Positions 27,060-40,058 of a stretch of 64,000 bases of DNA are shown piece after piece (the stretch's first letter is position 1; every line of letters starts with the position of its first letter). The stretch lies in assembly GCA_964016885.1 (NCBI GenBank), contig OZ024741.1, forward strand, positions 374,170,001 to 374,234,000. The letters run 5' to 3'. This DNA is from Eledone cirrhosa. Its lineage: Eukaryota. A program made the position numbers and the translations under genes. Under the pieces are notes generated by a model. The model did no database searches. It had not been told where the DNA came from and saw nothing but the letters and a program-made list of their open reading frames with translations.

Positions 27060-27530
27060 AGTGGTGATTAGGGTGTTGTCTTTCTGCCAGGAATTATAAC
27101 TGACAGATAGTACCAGTAATGGAAGGACTAATGGAGACATTGTTTCCTTGGTCTGACGTGGCTTCGTGGTTACGGTGTTGAACTAGGGATTATGAGTGTG
27201 TGAGTTCTCTTTCTGCCAGGAATTACAACCGATAAATAGTACCAGCCGTAGAAAAACTAATAGAGACATTGTTTCCTTGCTCCGACGTGGTTTGGTGGTT
27301 AGGGTGCTGAACTAGCGATTATGAGGCTGCGAGTTCTCTTTCTGCCAGATAGTAGCAGCCATGGAAAAACTAATAGAGACATTCTTTCCTTGCTCCGACG
27401 TGGCTTGGTGGTTCGGATATCGAACTAGGATTATGAGTTCGTGAGTTGTCTTTCTGCCAGGAATTACAACCGACAGATAGTACCAGCCATGGAAAGACTA
27501 ATAGAGATATTGTTTCCTTGGTCCGACCTC
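27060..27530 (+). repeat. tandem array (about 4 x 105-120 bp) of internally deleted CORE-like SINE
   Basis: Unit gtggcttcgtggttacggtgttgaactagg...gagtt|ctctttctgccagg...gacattgtttccttggtctgac matches the head and tail of the SINE at 60681-60910. Confidence 0.7.
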
Positions 27531-27800
27531 ACGATCGGCTTCTTTCCTAAAAAGTGAAGCATAGAGATTTTTTTTAAAGATACTGCTTATCTTTGTAACT
27601 CGCTGTTTTCAACTTTATAAAATTTTCAACATTATAAAATCAAAACATAGATCTAGACTTACAAATAAACATCTTGATAATTGTTTATGAACAGGAATAC
27701 CATAATACGCACCTAATTATGAGTCATTCAGTACCAAAAATAACATTGATTTGAAGATTATCAAAATATATTTTTTAGATAAGAAAATAAATAATTAATC

Positions 27801-28288
27801 AAACTAGCAGAAAAGCCACCCGAAGGGTGGTTTTTCTGCTATCATGGGTAGTGTGTATATTGATATTATACGCAAGTATATATGCATGTAGATATGATCA
27901 AATAAAATTGTAATTGACAATATACACAGAAATTGAACGAAGACTACGTTACACTGTCTTATGTAATCAGTAACGTAATCCATGATACATTAAAAAAAGA
28001 CGATATTATATATAAACTGCATTAGGAGAAAATTAGTGACAGAAATATATGAATGTTTATTTAAGCGATCGCTAACCAGAAGTGTTGACATTTGAAAATT
28101 TTAAAGAAGTGAATCTTAAAATAACCAAGAAAATTATTTATACTTAATCAAGAATAACGAAATTTAGATAAATTATGTAATATTCATTCATTATTTATTC
28201 AAAGTAATCCAGCTTATTTTGCAAACGGGATAAAAAAATATATATTCTGGACGCAGTCCCGCACTCCTTACTTTATTATACTTTAGAT
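27801..28288 (+). mobile_element. non-autonomous Helentron/DINE-like element
   Basis: Starts aaactagcagaaaagccacccgaagggtggtttttctgct (hairpin) and ends actccttactttattatactttagat. The same ends occur in a miniature copy at 899-955. Confidence 0.5.
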
Positions 28289-29209
28289 GTGTTTCACATT
28301 AATTTATCTTGTGCATTTTTTATTTAAGAAATAATTTGTGTGTTTATGTGTGCTTATGCGAGTATGATGTTCATATATAAGGTCCAAATATAAACTGGCT
28401 CTTAGAATTACGAGTGCAGTCCCTTTGACAGGTGGAGTAAAGTGGGGATAGTGATATCACCAGAAATTACCATAAAACTGGTTCCTAAACATTTTCTTTT
28501 CTTTTTTTTACTCATAATTCCCTTTAGAACAAGTAAAAATATTTTGACACTCTTTGTATCTAAATTTGAAAATCTATACGAGTATATATACGGGTATCTA
28601 TACGGGTATCTATACGAGTATATATTGGTTTCTGATTTAGGCACAAGGCCAACACTTTTTGGTGGGGAAGGGAAAGTCGATTAAATCGACCCCAGTGCAG
28701 TACTGATACTTTATTTTATCGACACCATAAGGATAAAAGACAAAGCTAACCTCGGCGGGATTTGAACTCAGAACGCAATGAGCTGTAACTCTATGCCGCG
28801 AAGCAGGGTGCCCGATGCTCTACCGATTCTGCTAATTCACCACCCTAATAATGAGGCCAATAATAATGATTTCTTTAGTATTGGCCACAAGGACCCAACA
28901 TAGAGGACAATACAAAGACGGGGACAGAGGGGGTTTACATGCAATCGAGTGAAAGAAATTAACAAAAACAATTAACAAAAAAAATATCAATAACAGGAGA
29001 GATGTTAGGAACCCCACAAATCCCAACCCACCCTCATTTCCAATAGCACCCTAGGAGGGCACCCCTCTCTCCCTCCATCTTTCCTGCCTACAAGCATATG
29101 TGTCAGAGTGGACCCATTCACACGGACCAACATCGGCGGGATTTGAACTCATATACGTGTATATATATATATTAAGATACCAGTTATGTAGACATAAACA
29201 CAGCCACAA

Positions 29210-29400
29210 GAATATGTTCCGAACACGGAAGAGCCGAACTCCCACTGTATTCGCCTCCATCTCTCTCGCCCTCCCCATCTCTCTGTATTGTGAGCAAATG
29301 GAGTCCCATGCTCGCCGCTCCACAGCCCCGGCGGACAGAATGGAGAAGGCATTTCCCCGGAGGATGGTGACGGAGATGCGCTGGAAGAGACATTCCATCT
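29210..29400 (-). mobile_element. 3' fragment of CRE-like RLE retrotransposon
   Basis: The ORF track shows ECLFQRISVTILRGNAFSILSAG, the QRxSxxxxRGNA C-terminal motif of CRE-type RLE elements. Confidence 0.65.
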
Positions 29401-29817
29401 CCTTCAGCTGTGTCTGGCATAACCATTTTGTCCCTCTCTCGTCTCTTAGTTTTCTTTATGAGCCGCCCCATTGTACCGTGTCCTGGCGGCACTGACTCCA
29501 AGTCCCATTTCATCCATCCTGGTGTACCCCTAAAGTTGAGATGTGTCTGATACCGGGCTTAATGAAAATTAAAAGCACATGAATGTAGGCCTACACATAG
29601 AACGATGTTGAGGTTCCAGCATCAATACATGCCGACATCTAAAACAGAGATGAAACCCAAACAAATCAAAATGCATTCAGTAACAATTATAATAATCTAC
29701 ATTTTGACAAAAATGTCCTTCTTCGTAGTTATTTTATATATATATATTAACAGAGCGGTGACCCAGTATGGCCTCAGCCTTTCGGCTGAAACACGTGAAA
29801 AAGTAAAAGAGTATATA

Positions 29818-29917
29818 CAGGGTGTCCCCCCAAAATATACATACTTTGATTACCTGTACAGGCAATATTTATTAGAATGCTGTTGAAGTGTATATACATT
29901 TTTAGGGGGACACCCTG
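29818..29917. mobile_element. 100-bp Tc1/mariner MITE
   Basis: TA|cagggtgtccccccaaaa...ttttagggggacaccctg|TA. Confidence 0.8.
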
Positions 29918-30599
29918 TATATAAAACGGGACGAGGCACCTTGGATTATGATTCCCTGTGCTACAACTCAGTCTGACCCCTAAGTAAATTCTATACTGAT
30001 CAAAGTAGTTCCAGCCAAACCATTGTCATGTTTCATAATTATATTTTCACAAATATTTTATAACAAATTTAAAACGGGATGAGGTCCTCTGGTCCATGAG
30101 GTCCTTGGTTGCGGCCTACTCAGTCCATATATCAATATGGTACTGGTCTCTTACATAGTTTATTCTCTACATAAATTACCTACTTGCTGTTAGTTATAAC
30201 CATACACATTCCAACGTAAGTGATACCACTTTCATTCTTCCTTCACCTTCCACTTGTCTCCCACATTCTTCCTTCCGTAAATTAATGACCTACTTACTGT
30301 TATTTCTAGCTAGAGACACTCCGATGCCAATGGTCCCTCTTTGATTATTCCTTAACATACCACAAATTAACGAAACATCGCACGATAGATTTGCACAACT
30401 TCTTTGTGCAGAGACTCTGAAAATATCCTCCAATAGGGACATGGTACTTCAGTTTTTTTTTAACAGCATGACATCCCAAACACTACACATCAGGAAAATA
30501 GAGAAATAGTCCCGCAACACTACACCTCCTCCCTAAGTATGCACAATATAGTCAGAATATTGAAAGTCGTTGAATTTACGTTATTTACGTTTAAACAAT

Positions 30600-31170
30600 A
30601 ATCTTAATTATAAACTAGTCGAACATACGAAAAAAGAAAGCAGTATTGGAAAGCACTATAAATACCATAAATGAGAGAAAAGGAGGAGAAGAGCAAAGAC
30701 TATTAGACAAAAGAAGAAAGAAAGGGGGTGAGGAGAAAGTGACAGACTCTACACATAGGTCAGAGCGGTGTTTCGGCTGCATCCCGCGAACAAAATGGCA
30801 AAGGCATTTCCGCGGACAATGGCCAGCGGCACCCGCTACAACAGCCACCTCACCTCGCGGGACTCCTTCCTAGGACGGACTGCTGTCATTCCGATTTTAC
30901 GGGGAAGGTCAGCTGTACGGTGTCTGAACACACCTGAGGTCTCAACGGCGACCGGTACAAAGAGGAAGCGCCTGTACAAGTCCCAGTAATTGCTTGTCTT
31001 CCTTTCCTCTATATTACGGGCCGCGATAGCGGGGTTTGTGGTCGAGGCTACTAAGTTGGAGGCGGAGAACGTGTCACAGCATGTCGCATCTCAGATGAGG
31101 GATTTACCTTTCGAAAGGGAAGAGGGTAATTCTATCGGGGGCTTTATTCTAGTAAGAGGCTTACAGTTTC
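30600..31170 (-). pseudogene. CRE-like non-LTR retrotransposon, restriction-like endonuclease C-terminus plus 3' UTR
   Basis: Manual minus-strand translation: GKSLI*DATCCDTFSASN...EERKTSNY...FVPVAVETSGVF...RWLL*RVPLAIVRGNAFAIL. This matches the PD-(D/E)xK RLE tail of CRE elements, with two stops. Confidence 0.75.
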
Positions 31171-31329
31171 TAGTTCAAATTCGGTCGTGGTTGACTTTGC
31201 TCTCCGTGTGAAAAATTTAAGTACTGAGACAATTTTGCTCGGGGAGTGGGAGGTCAGCTTGATATCTTAGCACCACAAAGCCATCCCAGAGCTGCACTGT
31301 GTTATGGACAGTGTAGGACAGAAAACCCA

Positions 31330-31431
31330 GTGTAGGACAGAAAACCCAGTTGTTATATTTGTGAAAACCCAGTTGTTATATTTGTGAAAACCCAGTTGTT
31401 ATATTTGTGAAAACCCAGTTGTTATATTTGT
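31330..31431 (+). repeat. 23-bp tandem repeat (gaaaacccagttgttatatttgt) x about 4
   Basis: Directly visible. Confidence 0.85.
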
Positions 31432-32065
31432 GGCAGCAAAAGTCGTTCGAGAGAATTCTGTCCTGAAAAACTTTAAAAAAAAAAAAATAGCAGGGCAAGC
31501 ATTGTCTGGAGGATACTGCTCCTGCAGCACTACCAGCCATAACACCAATTGAAGCTCAGATGATAGTAAACCCTCCTCATCCCGAGTCTAGGAAATAAAT
31601 GATATAAGATCACTCTCTCTCTCTCTCACACACTCTCGTTTTATATAACTTTATTTCACACAGGCCCAGATGTTTTGTAACCACAATGTCAATAATGTCT
31701 ATTGTATTCTATGTGGAGCCCATGTAGATAATTGTTTCTTTCTATTTAATCGACTTTCCCCTCCTCTTCAAATCGTTGGCCTTGTCCCTAAAATAGAAAC
31801 AATTATTATTAATCCCGCCGAGGTTAACTTTGCCTTTCATCCTTACGGGGTCGATAAAATAAAGTACCAGTAATGCACTGGGATAATTGCTGGCCTTGTG
31901 CCTAAAGTAGAAACTATTATTATTATTATTGTTATTTTATTTCAACCTCTGTTTTTTTACACGCAGAAATGCCCATTTGTACCGTCCTGTATTGTCCTGT
32001 ACTGTCCTTAATGTCTACTTTATGTGAACCCTTGTGGTTAATAAAGAAAACATTATTATTATTAT

Positions 32066-34029
32066 TTGCATTTATCTTGCTTTATGTTTATACGAGTTAT
32101 CACCAAGTCACAACCAGTGACCTCAAGAGACAACAAGGTCCGCCATGTTCAAGAAAGAACACACATATTCACACATGCATCCTTAGTGTTTAGACTTGTG
32201 ATGTACTTATATTGACAGGATCTTCCTTAGTATATGGGCAGTTCCCATTAGTACTATCTTTTGTATTTCTCCTATACGCGGGTTTCCTGGGATTTGCGAT
32301 AAGTAGTCGTTAGACCCCTTAGGTATCATTCTCAGAGCGCCTACAACCACTGGTATTGTTTTAGTTCTCAATTTCCACATTTTTCCAATTTCTATCTCCA
32401 GGTCCTTATACTTGCTCAATTTTTCAAATGTTTTTATAGATACATTCTTGTCTATTGGAACAGACATATCAATTAGCAGGCATACCCTCCTTTGAAAGTC
32501 CTTCAATATTATATCAGGTCTATTTGCATCTATTTTTCGGTCTGTTTGGATGCTAAAGTTCCACAAGATTGAGATGTGATCTTTTTCAAGTATGGGAGGT
32601 GGTTGATGCTCCCACCAATTCTTTTGATGGGGCAGGTCAAAATGCTTGCACATTATCCAATGTATGTATTGTGCAGCTCTGTCATGCCTGTTTAGGTATT
32701 CGGTTGGAGCTATAGGACTGCACATTGAAATTATATGGTCAATGGTCTCTGGTTGTTTTTTGCATACACGGCATAATGGGCTGCACCCATTTTTTATTAT
32801 GTTGGCTTGGTAATTTTTTGTTGGCAGACACTGATCTTGTGCGGATATAATCAGTCCTTCAGTCTCCGATTTCAGTCCAGAGGATGCCAACCACTGATGG
32901 GTTAAAGTTTTGTCAACATCAGGATTGTTAGCTCGCTCTGGGTATTTTCCATACAGAGGCTTTTCTTGCCATTTCTTAGCCAGTTTCTGTAGCAGTTCTT
33001 TCTTTGCAGTTACTTTTACCTGCTTTGCTTTTTCTGTATTTTCCATTTCAGCAGTAAATGGGACTTCTGAAATTTGTAGTCCATTGCTGTATCTTTGTGC
33101 ATCTTTTGTAATGGAATATGATCTTTTGGTGCTTTCGTGTTTCAAAACGAGTTTGATCATCCAATCATGTGATTCCCTTAGATATGTGGATAATCCAATT
33201 GTTGCAGTTTTCAACGCAATGTCTAACTGGATTAACCCACGTCCTCCTTCTTTCCTAGGGAGATATATTCTATCTATGTCTGCCTTAGGGTGATGCATTC
33301 TGTGCATGGTTAAGAATTTTCGGATTTTTGTATCGAGCCTACGGATCTCTGTGCTTGACCAGTTGATGACATTGTAACTGTAGGTTACTACTGGTATGGC
33401 AAGCGTGTTTATGGCATCGATCCTATTCCTTGCATTCAATTCCGTTCTTAAGATTGCTCTGACTCTGCGGTAACATTCCTTCCTTATCCTTTCCCTCATT
33501 GTCGAGTGCTTGATTCCGTCTCCTTCACAAACACCTAGATATTTGTAAGTTTGTTCTTGATCAAGCTCTCTTATCACGTTCCCCCGATCAAGATTAATGT
33601 CTGAACTCTTCAGCAGCTTTCCTCTGGTGAACGTTGCTTTGGCGCATTTATCCAGTCCAAACTCCATTTTAATGTCATCACTGAACTGCTTCACAGTGGA
33701 TAATAGCCCTTGCAATTGTTCATCATTTTTTGCAAATAGTTTCAGGTCATCCGTGTAGAACAGGTGATTAATGGTTTTGTCATAGACTCTATATCCATGT
33801 TTTGTTTCATTGAGCATTTTACTTAATGGTATAAGTGCGATGCAGAATAAAAGCGGTGATAAAGAGTCACCCTGAAAAATTCCACAATTAATGTTAACTT
33901 CTCCAGCTTCCAGTGATTTTGTTTCACTATTCAAAAGGAGTGTCGTTCTCCATGTCCTCATACTGAATGACAAAAACCTCCTGATAACGGGGGATATTTT
34001 GAAAATCTCTAAACATTTTTCAATCCAAC

Positions 34030-34030
<1 letters not shown>
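32066..34030 (-). mobile_element. Dong/R4-like RLE non-LTR retrotransposon, 5'-truncated, flanked by (TAA)n
   Basis: Single open frame running to the 5' break, about 140-bp 3' UTR, and TAA repeats on both sides. Confidence 0.85.
32207..33973 (-). CDS. RT (C-terminal half) + CCHC zinc knuckle + restriction-like endonuclease; frame stays open to 34030
   Basis: GIFQGDSLSPLLF, HLFYTDDLKL, YKYLG, CRVCKKQPETIDHIISMC, RHD, RPDII, IDMSVP and KLSKYKDL; no internal stops. Confidence 0.85.
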   Translation of the reverse strand: MSFSMRTWRTTLLLNSETKSLEAGEVNINCGIFQGDSLSPLLFCIALIPLSKMLNETKHGYRVYDKTINHLFYTDDLKLFAKNDEQLQGLLSTVKQFSDDIKMEFGLDKCAKATFTRGKLLKSSDINLDRGNVIRELDQEQTYKYLGVCEGDGIKHSTMRERIRKECYRRVRAILRTELNARNRIDAINTLAIPVVTYSYNVINWSSTEIRRLDTKIRKFLTMHRMHHPKADIDRIYLPRKEGGRGLIQLDIALKTATIGLSTYLRESHDWMIKLVLKHESTKRSYSITKDAQRYSNGLQISEVPFTAEMENTEKAKQVKVTAKKELLQKLAKKWQEKPLYGKYPERANNPDVDKTLTHQWLASSGLKSETEGLIISAQDQCLPTKNYQANIIKNGCSPLCRVCKKQPETIDHIISMCSPIAPTEYLNRHDRAAQYIHWIMCKHFDLPHQKNWWEHQPPPILEKDHISILWNFSIQTDRKIDANRPDIILKDFQRRVCLLIDMSVPIDKNVSIKTFEKLSKYKDLEIEIGKMWKLRTKTIPVVVGALRMIPKGSNDYLSQIPGNPRIGEIQKIVLMGTAHILRKILSI

Positions 34031-34085
<55 letters not shown>

Positions 34086-34824
34086 TGTGCTTAATAGTGG
34101 TGGTGGATTGGCAGTATCGGTAGAAAGTCGGACGCTATGCTTTCCAGCATAGAGTTACGGCCCTTTACAGTCTGAGTTCAATTCCTGCCGAAGTCAACTT
34201 TGCCTTTCATCCTTATGGGGTCGATAAAATAAAGTACCAGTAATGCACTGGGTTATTGCTGGCCTAGTGCCAAATGTAGAAACAATTATTATTTGTGTTT
34301 TCCTCTTTTTCTAGTTTTGTTTCTATTTCTTGCCGAGTGTCTTCCTGACATCTAGGGCAGAGAAACTCACTGCAGACATTGATACGCCACAAAAGAAAAT
34401 ACACACCAGATTGTTCACGTCACGCATTTTACGCAACTAGGATTTTTTTCAAAAACAGTGACGCGTATGTGTATATGTGTGTGCGTGTGTGTATGTGCAT
34501 ACATATGTATGCACATGTGTGTGTATGTGTATGCATATGCATACATTTATATGTTATTAGTATATAAATATAACCGCGCAAACACAAACACACAAACATA
34601 TACACTCACAGACATACATTCACACAAATACACAAACATTTACACAAACACATACATACGTTCATACAAACAGACACATACACATACACTCACACACGGA
34701 GTAGAAAATGGAACGCCAGTCGCTGTTTTGCTATAGTTTTTTAACCATCCCCTTCCTTCCTTTTACGCACACATACATTGACACAAACACACACACATTG
34801 TGTGACGAGCGGACGGAAGTCGCT

Positions 34825-35190
34825 CAAATCTATTTGGACCCCGTACTGCCGGGCTCCTCCGCAAGATCGGAGCGTCGGCGGCCAGTCTGAGGAGGGAGAC
34901 CCGCAAGGATAGGTGGCTGTTGCAGCGGGTATCACTGGCCATCGTCCGGGGGAATGCTTTTGCCGTCTTGTCAGCGGGGCGCAGCAGTTCTGCTCTCTTG
35001 CCCTAGGCCCAAATCCCAATTACCCTCCTCTATCACCCCTCCCCTCTCTTCTGCGACACCAGAGCTCTTGCCATCCCTTCCCGTTCTTTTTCTTCTTTCT
35101 TTCTCTCTTTTTTTTCTATATTTGCCTATTCTTTCTTTCCTTTTGTTTCCCTTTTTTATTATTATTTCTATATTGAAAATAAACGTTTAG
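34825..35190 (+). mobile_element. CRE-like 3' fragment with pyrimidine-rich 3' UTR
   Basis: Reads FGPRTAGLLRKIG...RWLLQRVSLAIVRGNAFAVLSAG; homologous to 30600-30930. Confidence 0.65.
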
Positions 35191-35311
35191 ATCACAAGTA
35201 TATCATTTGCTTTATAGATGTACATATTATCTGTTTAAAATGGTATTTACAACTGAATGATGATCAATCATATAAAAGTGTACACCTATTTACAACTGAC
35301 ATAATTATGGA

Positions 35312-35949
35312 ATACTAGCAGTGGTACCCGGCGTTGCACGGGATAAGGTATTTTGAAACGCGGGCCGCCAACAGACCTAATCGTGGGAAAAGTGCATTCC
35401 TGGACAATATGTAAAGAAAATAAACCGAATACTCTGATGGCTGGATAATCTTTAAGATTTTCCTCGATGAAGCAAGAAAAATGCAGGTTTTCACCCAATA
35501 CGGGGCCTTATGGGATCAAGAAATGATTTTTTTTATGTGCATAATATGCCTTGAAATTTCGGGAAAAATCGGCTAGACGTAACGCCTCAAAAAGGCCCTA
35601 AAAAGCTGAAAAAATGAAGTTTTTCGCCTAATGCGGGCCCTAGGCCATAAAAAAAGTTGGATTTTCTTTGCTCACGGTATGAAGAAGAGACTGACTAATG
35701 CATAGTTACAATTTCAAGGAAATCGGTCTGACGTAACGCCTCAAAAAACCCTAAAAAGCTTTTAAAAAACGCAGTTTTTCACCTAATGCGGGCCCTAAAG
35801 GATCAAAAAGTTGAATATTTTTAAGTGCATAACACTCTCTGAAACATAAGTAATACACATGTAAAGTTTGAAAAAAATCGGTTGGGTACTTCTCGAGTTT
35901 TAGGTTTTCAAACTCACAGGCCGACATCCTCAGTTTTATATATATAGAT
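35312..35949 (+). mobile_element. non-autonomous Helentron/DINE-1-like element with internal roughly 150-bp tandem repeats
   Basis: 5' atactagcagtggtacccggcgttgcacggg, 3' ctcagttttatatatatagat. The unit (aaatcgg..gacgtaacgcctcaaaaa..gtttttc(a/g)cctaatgcgggcccta) is repeated about 3 times. Confidence 0.55.
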
Positions 35950-37139
35950 AATCTAATAAAGTTATGTAAAAATAATTACATGGAGGATTAACATTCTCAC
36001 AGCGATAATTCTCTTCTCAATACGTGTGCCCTACCAGTTAAAACAATTGTTGCACTATTTACAGTGATGGTAAACCAGGAATCATTCTCAAACAATTTTC
36101 TGTTCCTTTTTTATCATTGCTAATACTCCTACGATTACTGGTTTGTAACCACCACCTTGAGATACCACATTTTTTCAATTTCAATGAGCAAATCTTCATG
36201 TTATTTTTAATATTTTCTGAAATTGACAAATTCTTTAGTCACAATATTGTAATCACATGGAGTGTTCATATTAATCAATAAACAGACTTTGTTATTTTAG
36301 TTTTTTACAATAATTGTTTCTATCCGATTATTATTATCATCATTATCATCATCATTATTGTTGTTGAGTCTCTAGAGACGTGGTACACATCTGCGAAGTA
36401 ATTTTATTGTTTGTTAACGTGTTTTTAAAAACATTTTTATCTGAACGTTATATATTGTTAGGTGGCTAAACCAAACATCTTTTTTAAAGGGAAACCAACC
36501 AGTTCCTTATCTGGAGCCCTCAAGGGCTAAATTTGTGTTTCTTTTCACAAATACGCCCCTCGTTTTTTAAACAATAGATATGGTGGATGAGAAGAATTCT
36601 TCCGCTGAAGTGAACAGCCGACTATCCTCAAGATGGAACAGCCGAATTTCACAAAACAACGACAGCAGCAACAACAATTCTGCACGGGAAAAGTATGAAG
36701 CCGAAACCCCGCTTTTAAAGACTTTGACGCCGTTTCCACATTCATATGAACAGCAAATTATAATAAACACAACAATACTAACACAAACTGTCCACCACCA
36801 ACATCACCACTGCAACAACAAAAACATAAGAGAAACAGAAAACAGAAATAACAGTACCACAGACAACAACGACAACACAAATGACAACAACAATAAGATA
36901 TTTACAGATAAATGTTTAACATCGACTTAACAGACAATGACGGCCAAACTTGTCAAATTAGATAAGACTTCAAAGACCGAGGTGTTGGCAGCAACCACCA
37001 AAAATGTTGAACTACAGATGTATTTCGACAAAAATAAAACGGCCGGAGGCAGCACCCTTACCAAAAGTAGATAGAGCACTGAAAGACATATTGCCGGACA
37101 ACCAACACATTGCTAGAGCCAAGACATGAAGAAATCAAA

Positions 37140-38975
37140 GACACGAAGAAATGAAAGCTATTCGATGGGCCCGAGGGGTAGAGGTACGACCAAGCAACAA
37201 AGCCACAATTCCGTCATTGCCGGACCGAAATAGGCAAGCTGATATCTGCGGTTTTCCAGCGGCACTTTGCACACCTGTTCAGGGCAAGCGGGGGTACGGA
37301 AATTGAGGCGGATTATAGTTTCTACATCGACAGCCTGCTGCGACTCTCGACGGAAGATGCGAAGTGCTGCGAAAAGTTGATGACAGCAGCCGAGATACGG
37401 GAAGCCCTGGCCGGCTGTACGAGGCGAAAATCGCCCGGTTTTGGGATGGTTTGTCTTGCGAGACCTACGTAGACATGTCTCACCTATCCTCGAAGATGTC
37501 TACTGCAACTTGCAGCAGAACGGGAGAATTTCTAGTGAGTCGGAGTATAGTAACGCTGATGGGGAAAGACATGAACAAGGAAGTCGTTATCGATGATATC
37601 CGGCTCATAACTCGGCTTAACGGTTGCTAGCAACCAGGCTGGTGCTTATCATCAAGAGTCTTGTAGGAGAGGCACATACATGCGCATTGCCGACCAGGTC
37701 TATAGACGACAACCTCCACCTCATGTAATACATCATAGGGAGGATAAGGAGTAAACCTGGCTTCAATAGGTCGGCCATTGATACCTGGAAGCTGTTCTCA
37801 ATGCAGCCCCTTTTGGTCCCTTCTTCAGAGGCCGGATCGCTGCAATGCCAAGTGGCATCTGCTCGGTAGTCAGAGTATATGGACACCTATCGGAACCGTT
37901 TCAGATCACGCACTCGGTCCGTCAAGGATACCCTCTCTCCTACCTTCTGTACTTACTAACACTCAAGCCACTACTGCTGGAACTGTTGCAGGTCGTTCCG
38001 CTCGAGCTAGGACGTGGAAGGGCTGCGTTGGCATACGCGGACGACGTCACCGTGGTGTCGAATTCCTCGTAAATCGAGGAATATGAAAGGTTGGCGGGAG
38101 TAAAGATCAACCCGGAAAGGTCGGTGGGTTTGCAGCTCATCATCAGGAGAGGCAAATTCTTGTTGTTCAGCAGCGTTGTTGGGTGCTGGACGGACGGTCC
38201 GGTGAAATTGCTAGGGGGTCTGGTTTGGTCCAGACCTCAAGGTGGATAAGAGTAGGGATGAGATAACATGCAGAGTGGTCACTCTCACCCCAAAATGTGT
38301 CGAGAGGAAGCTATCCCTGAAAGGTCGGGCAGAGGTGGCGAACGTGTATATCGCATGCATCATCTAATACCACCTCACCGTCGTGCCTTGCCCCTGTCCA
38401 CACCTCACTAAATTGGAGCACCTTCTCTTCAACTGCATGTGGAAGGGACAGGTTCCACTGGTGAGGCGGTTCATCAGCTGCCAGCACCCTCTCGGTGGAT
38501 GTATGGGCATGCTGTGGCTGATAATGTGCAGACATGCGCTGAGGCTACGGCATCTCCCAGTATTCCTAACTGGTGAACTGGTGTGGTTGCTGCTTGTGAG
38601 GCGAGCCTTTCCGCAACACTCGTCTCCTTCACTGAGCTGAAGTCGTGGGTCAAGCGAATACCGAGACAGGGCGCCTAGCATCTGGAAGGCTGTTGAACAG
38701 TTATTATCGCGTGTAGGACAGATACGGATATCGATCGATTCCATCGTGAAGATCTCGCCGCCGTCTTCTTTTGGCCGAGAAGGACAGGCAGTTTTCCTCT
38801 GTCTGGTGGTTGTAGCGAAATAGGTTGTGTAGTGGACGCAGCAAAAATGACTGGGCAGACACTTTCCTCTTCAGCCAAGCTCTCATCAACTTTTTCAAGT
38901 TCCACTTGAAAAGAAAGGTGACAGTTAATGGGCCTACTCTGACCATACGCCTGTAGACTGGAGAATTTAGAGAGG
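37140..38975 (+). pseudogene. Tx1/L1-clade LINE ORF2 fragment, heavily degenerate
   Basis: SVRQGYPLSYLLYLLTLKPLL, AYADDVTV, and LFNCMWKGQVPLVRR...HPLGGCMGM; homologous to 3023-4440. Confidence 0.8.
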
Positions 38976-40016
38976 AGAGGGTCACCTTCCATCCTTATGG
39001 GGGTTGATAAAATAAAGTACCAGTAATGTATTAGGTCGATTTAATTGACTTCTCCTCCCCCAGAATTGTTGGCCTTGTGCCTAAATCAGAAACTATTATA
39101 ATTCTAGGACGGTGGCTTGGCAATATCGGGAGGGCGTGGGATAACATGATTTGTGGCATATAGTTACGTCCCACCGAGGTAAGATTTGCCTTTCAACTTT
39201 ACGGGGTTGATAAAACAAAGTACCAGTAACGTACTGGGGTCAATTCAATCGACTTTCCCTTCCTCAAAAATTGCTAACCTTTAGGGCAGTGGATTGACAG
39301 TATCGGTAAAGCGTCTGACAACATAGTTTGGGGCATATAGTAGCGTCCCTTTACGTTCTGAGTTCTTATCCCGCCGGGATTAACTTTGTCTTTCACCCTT
39401 ACGTGGTCGATAAAATAAACTAACATTCCCCTCCCCTAAAAAAATTGTTGGCCTTGTGCCTAAATCAGAAACCATTATTATTTGCTAAATTTGCGGTGGA
39501 TTGGCAGTATCGGTAGAGGGCCGGACGCCATGCTTTGACGCATAGAGTTACGGCCCTTGCCATTCTGAGTTCAAATCTCGCCGAGGTTAATTTTGCCTTT
39601 CATCCTTACGAGGTCGATAAAATAAAGTACCAGTAATGTACTGAGATAATTGCTGATCTTGTGGCCAAAAGTAGAAACAATTATTATTTGCTTTATTTGT
39701 TTTGTATTGTTTTTGTGTTGTTTTTTTTCGTCGGGGTGGGGGGCTCTTTGTTTTTTGGTTTGTTTTATTTTTATTGGGGGGGGGGGGGTTATTTATTTAT
39801 TTATTGTTTTTTGTTTTCTGCTCGAGTTTGTCGTGAATGCTGGATTAGCGCACATCAAAATTTCTCAATATCTCCATTGTGAAGATAAAACGAAAGGGCT
39901 CAGATCAAATAAGATATGTTAATCTAATCATTGATATAATTACTTGCTTTCTATTTATTAATAATGTTAATTACTGTATTTAATTAGTTCCATATTTAAT
40001 ATCGTATTTATTATTG

Positions 40017-40018
40017 CC

Positions 40019-40058
<40 letters not shown>

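Noticed and set aside
29750-29810. cagcctttcggctgaaacacgtg hairpin plus GAAAC as a ribozyme
   Set aside because: No CUGANGA box upstream; it looks like an isolated SINE/LINE tail stem-loop.
36580-36930. 116-aa Asn/Thr-rich ORF as a host gene
   Set aside because: Low complexity with no recognisable domain; it lies just upstream of the Tx1 fragment and may be LINE 5' debris.
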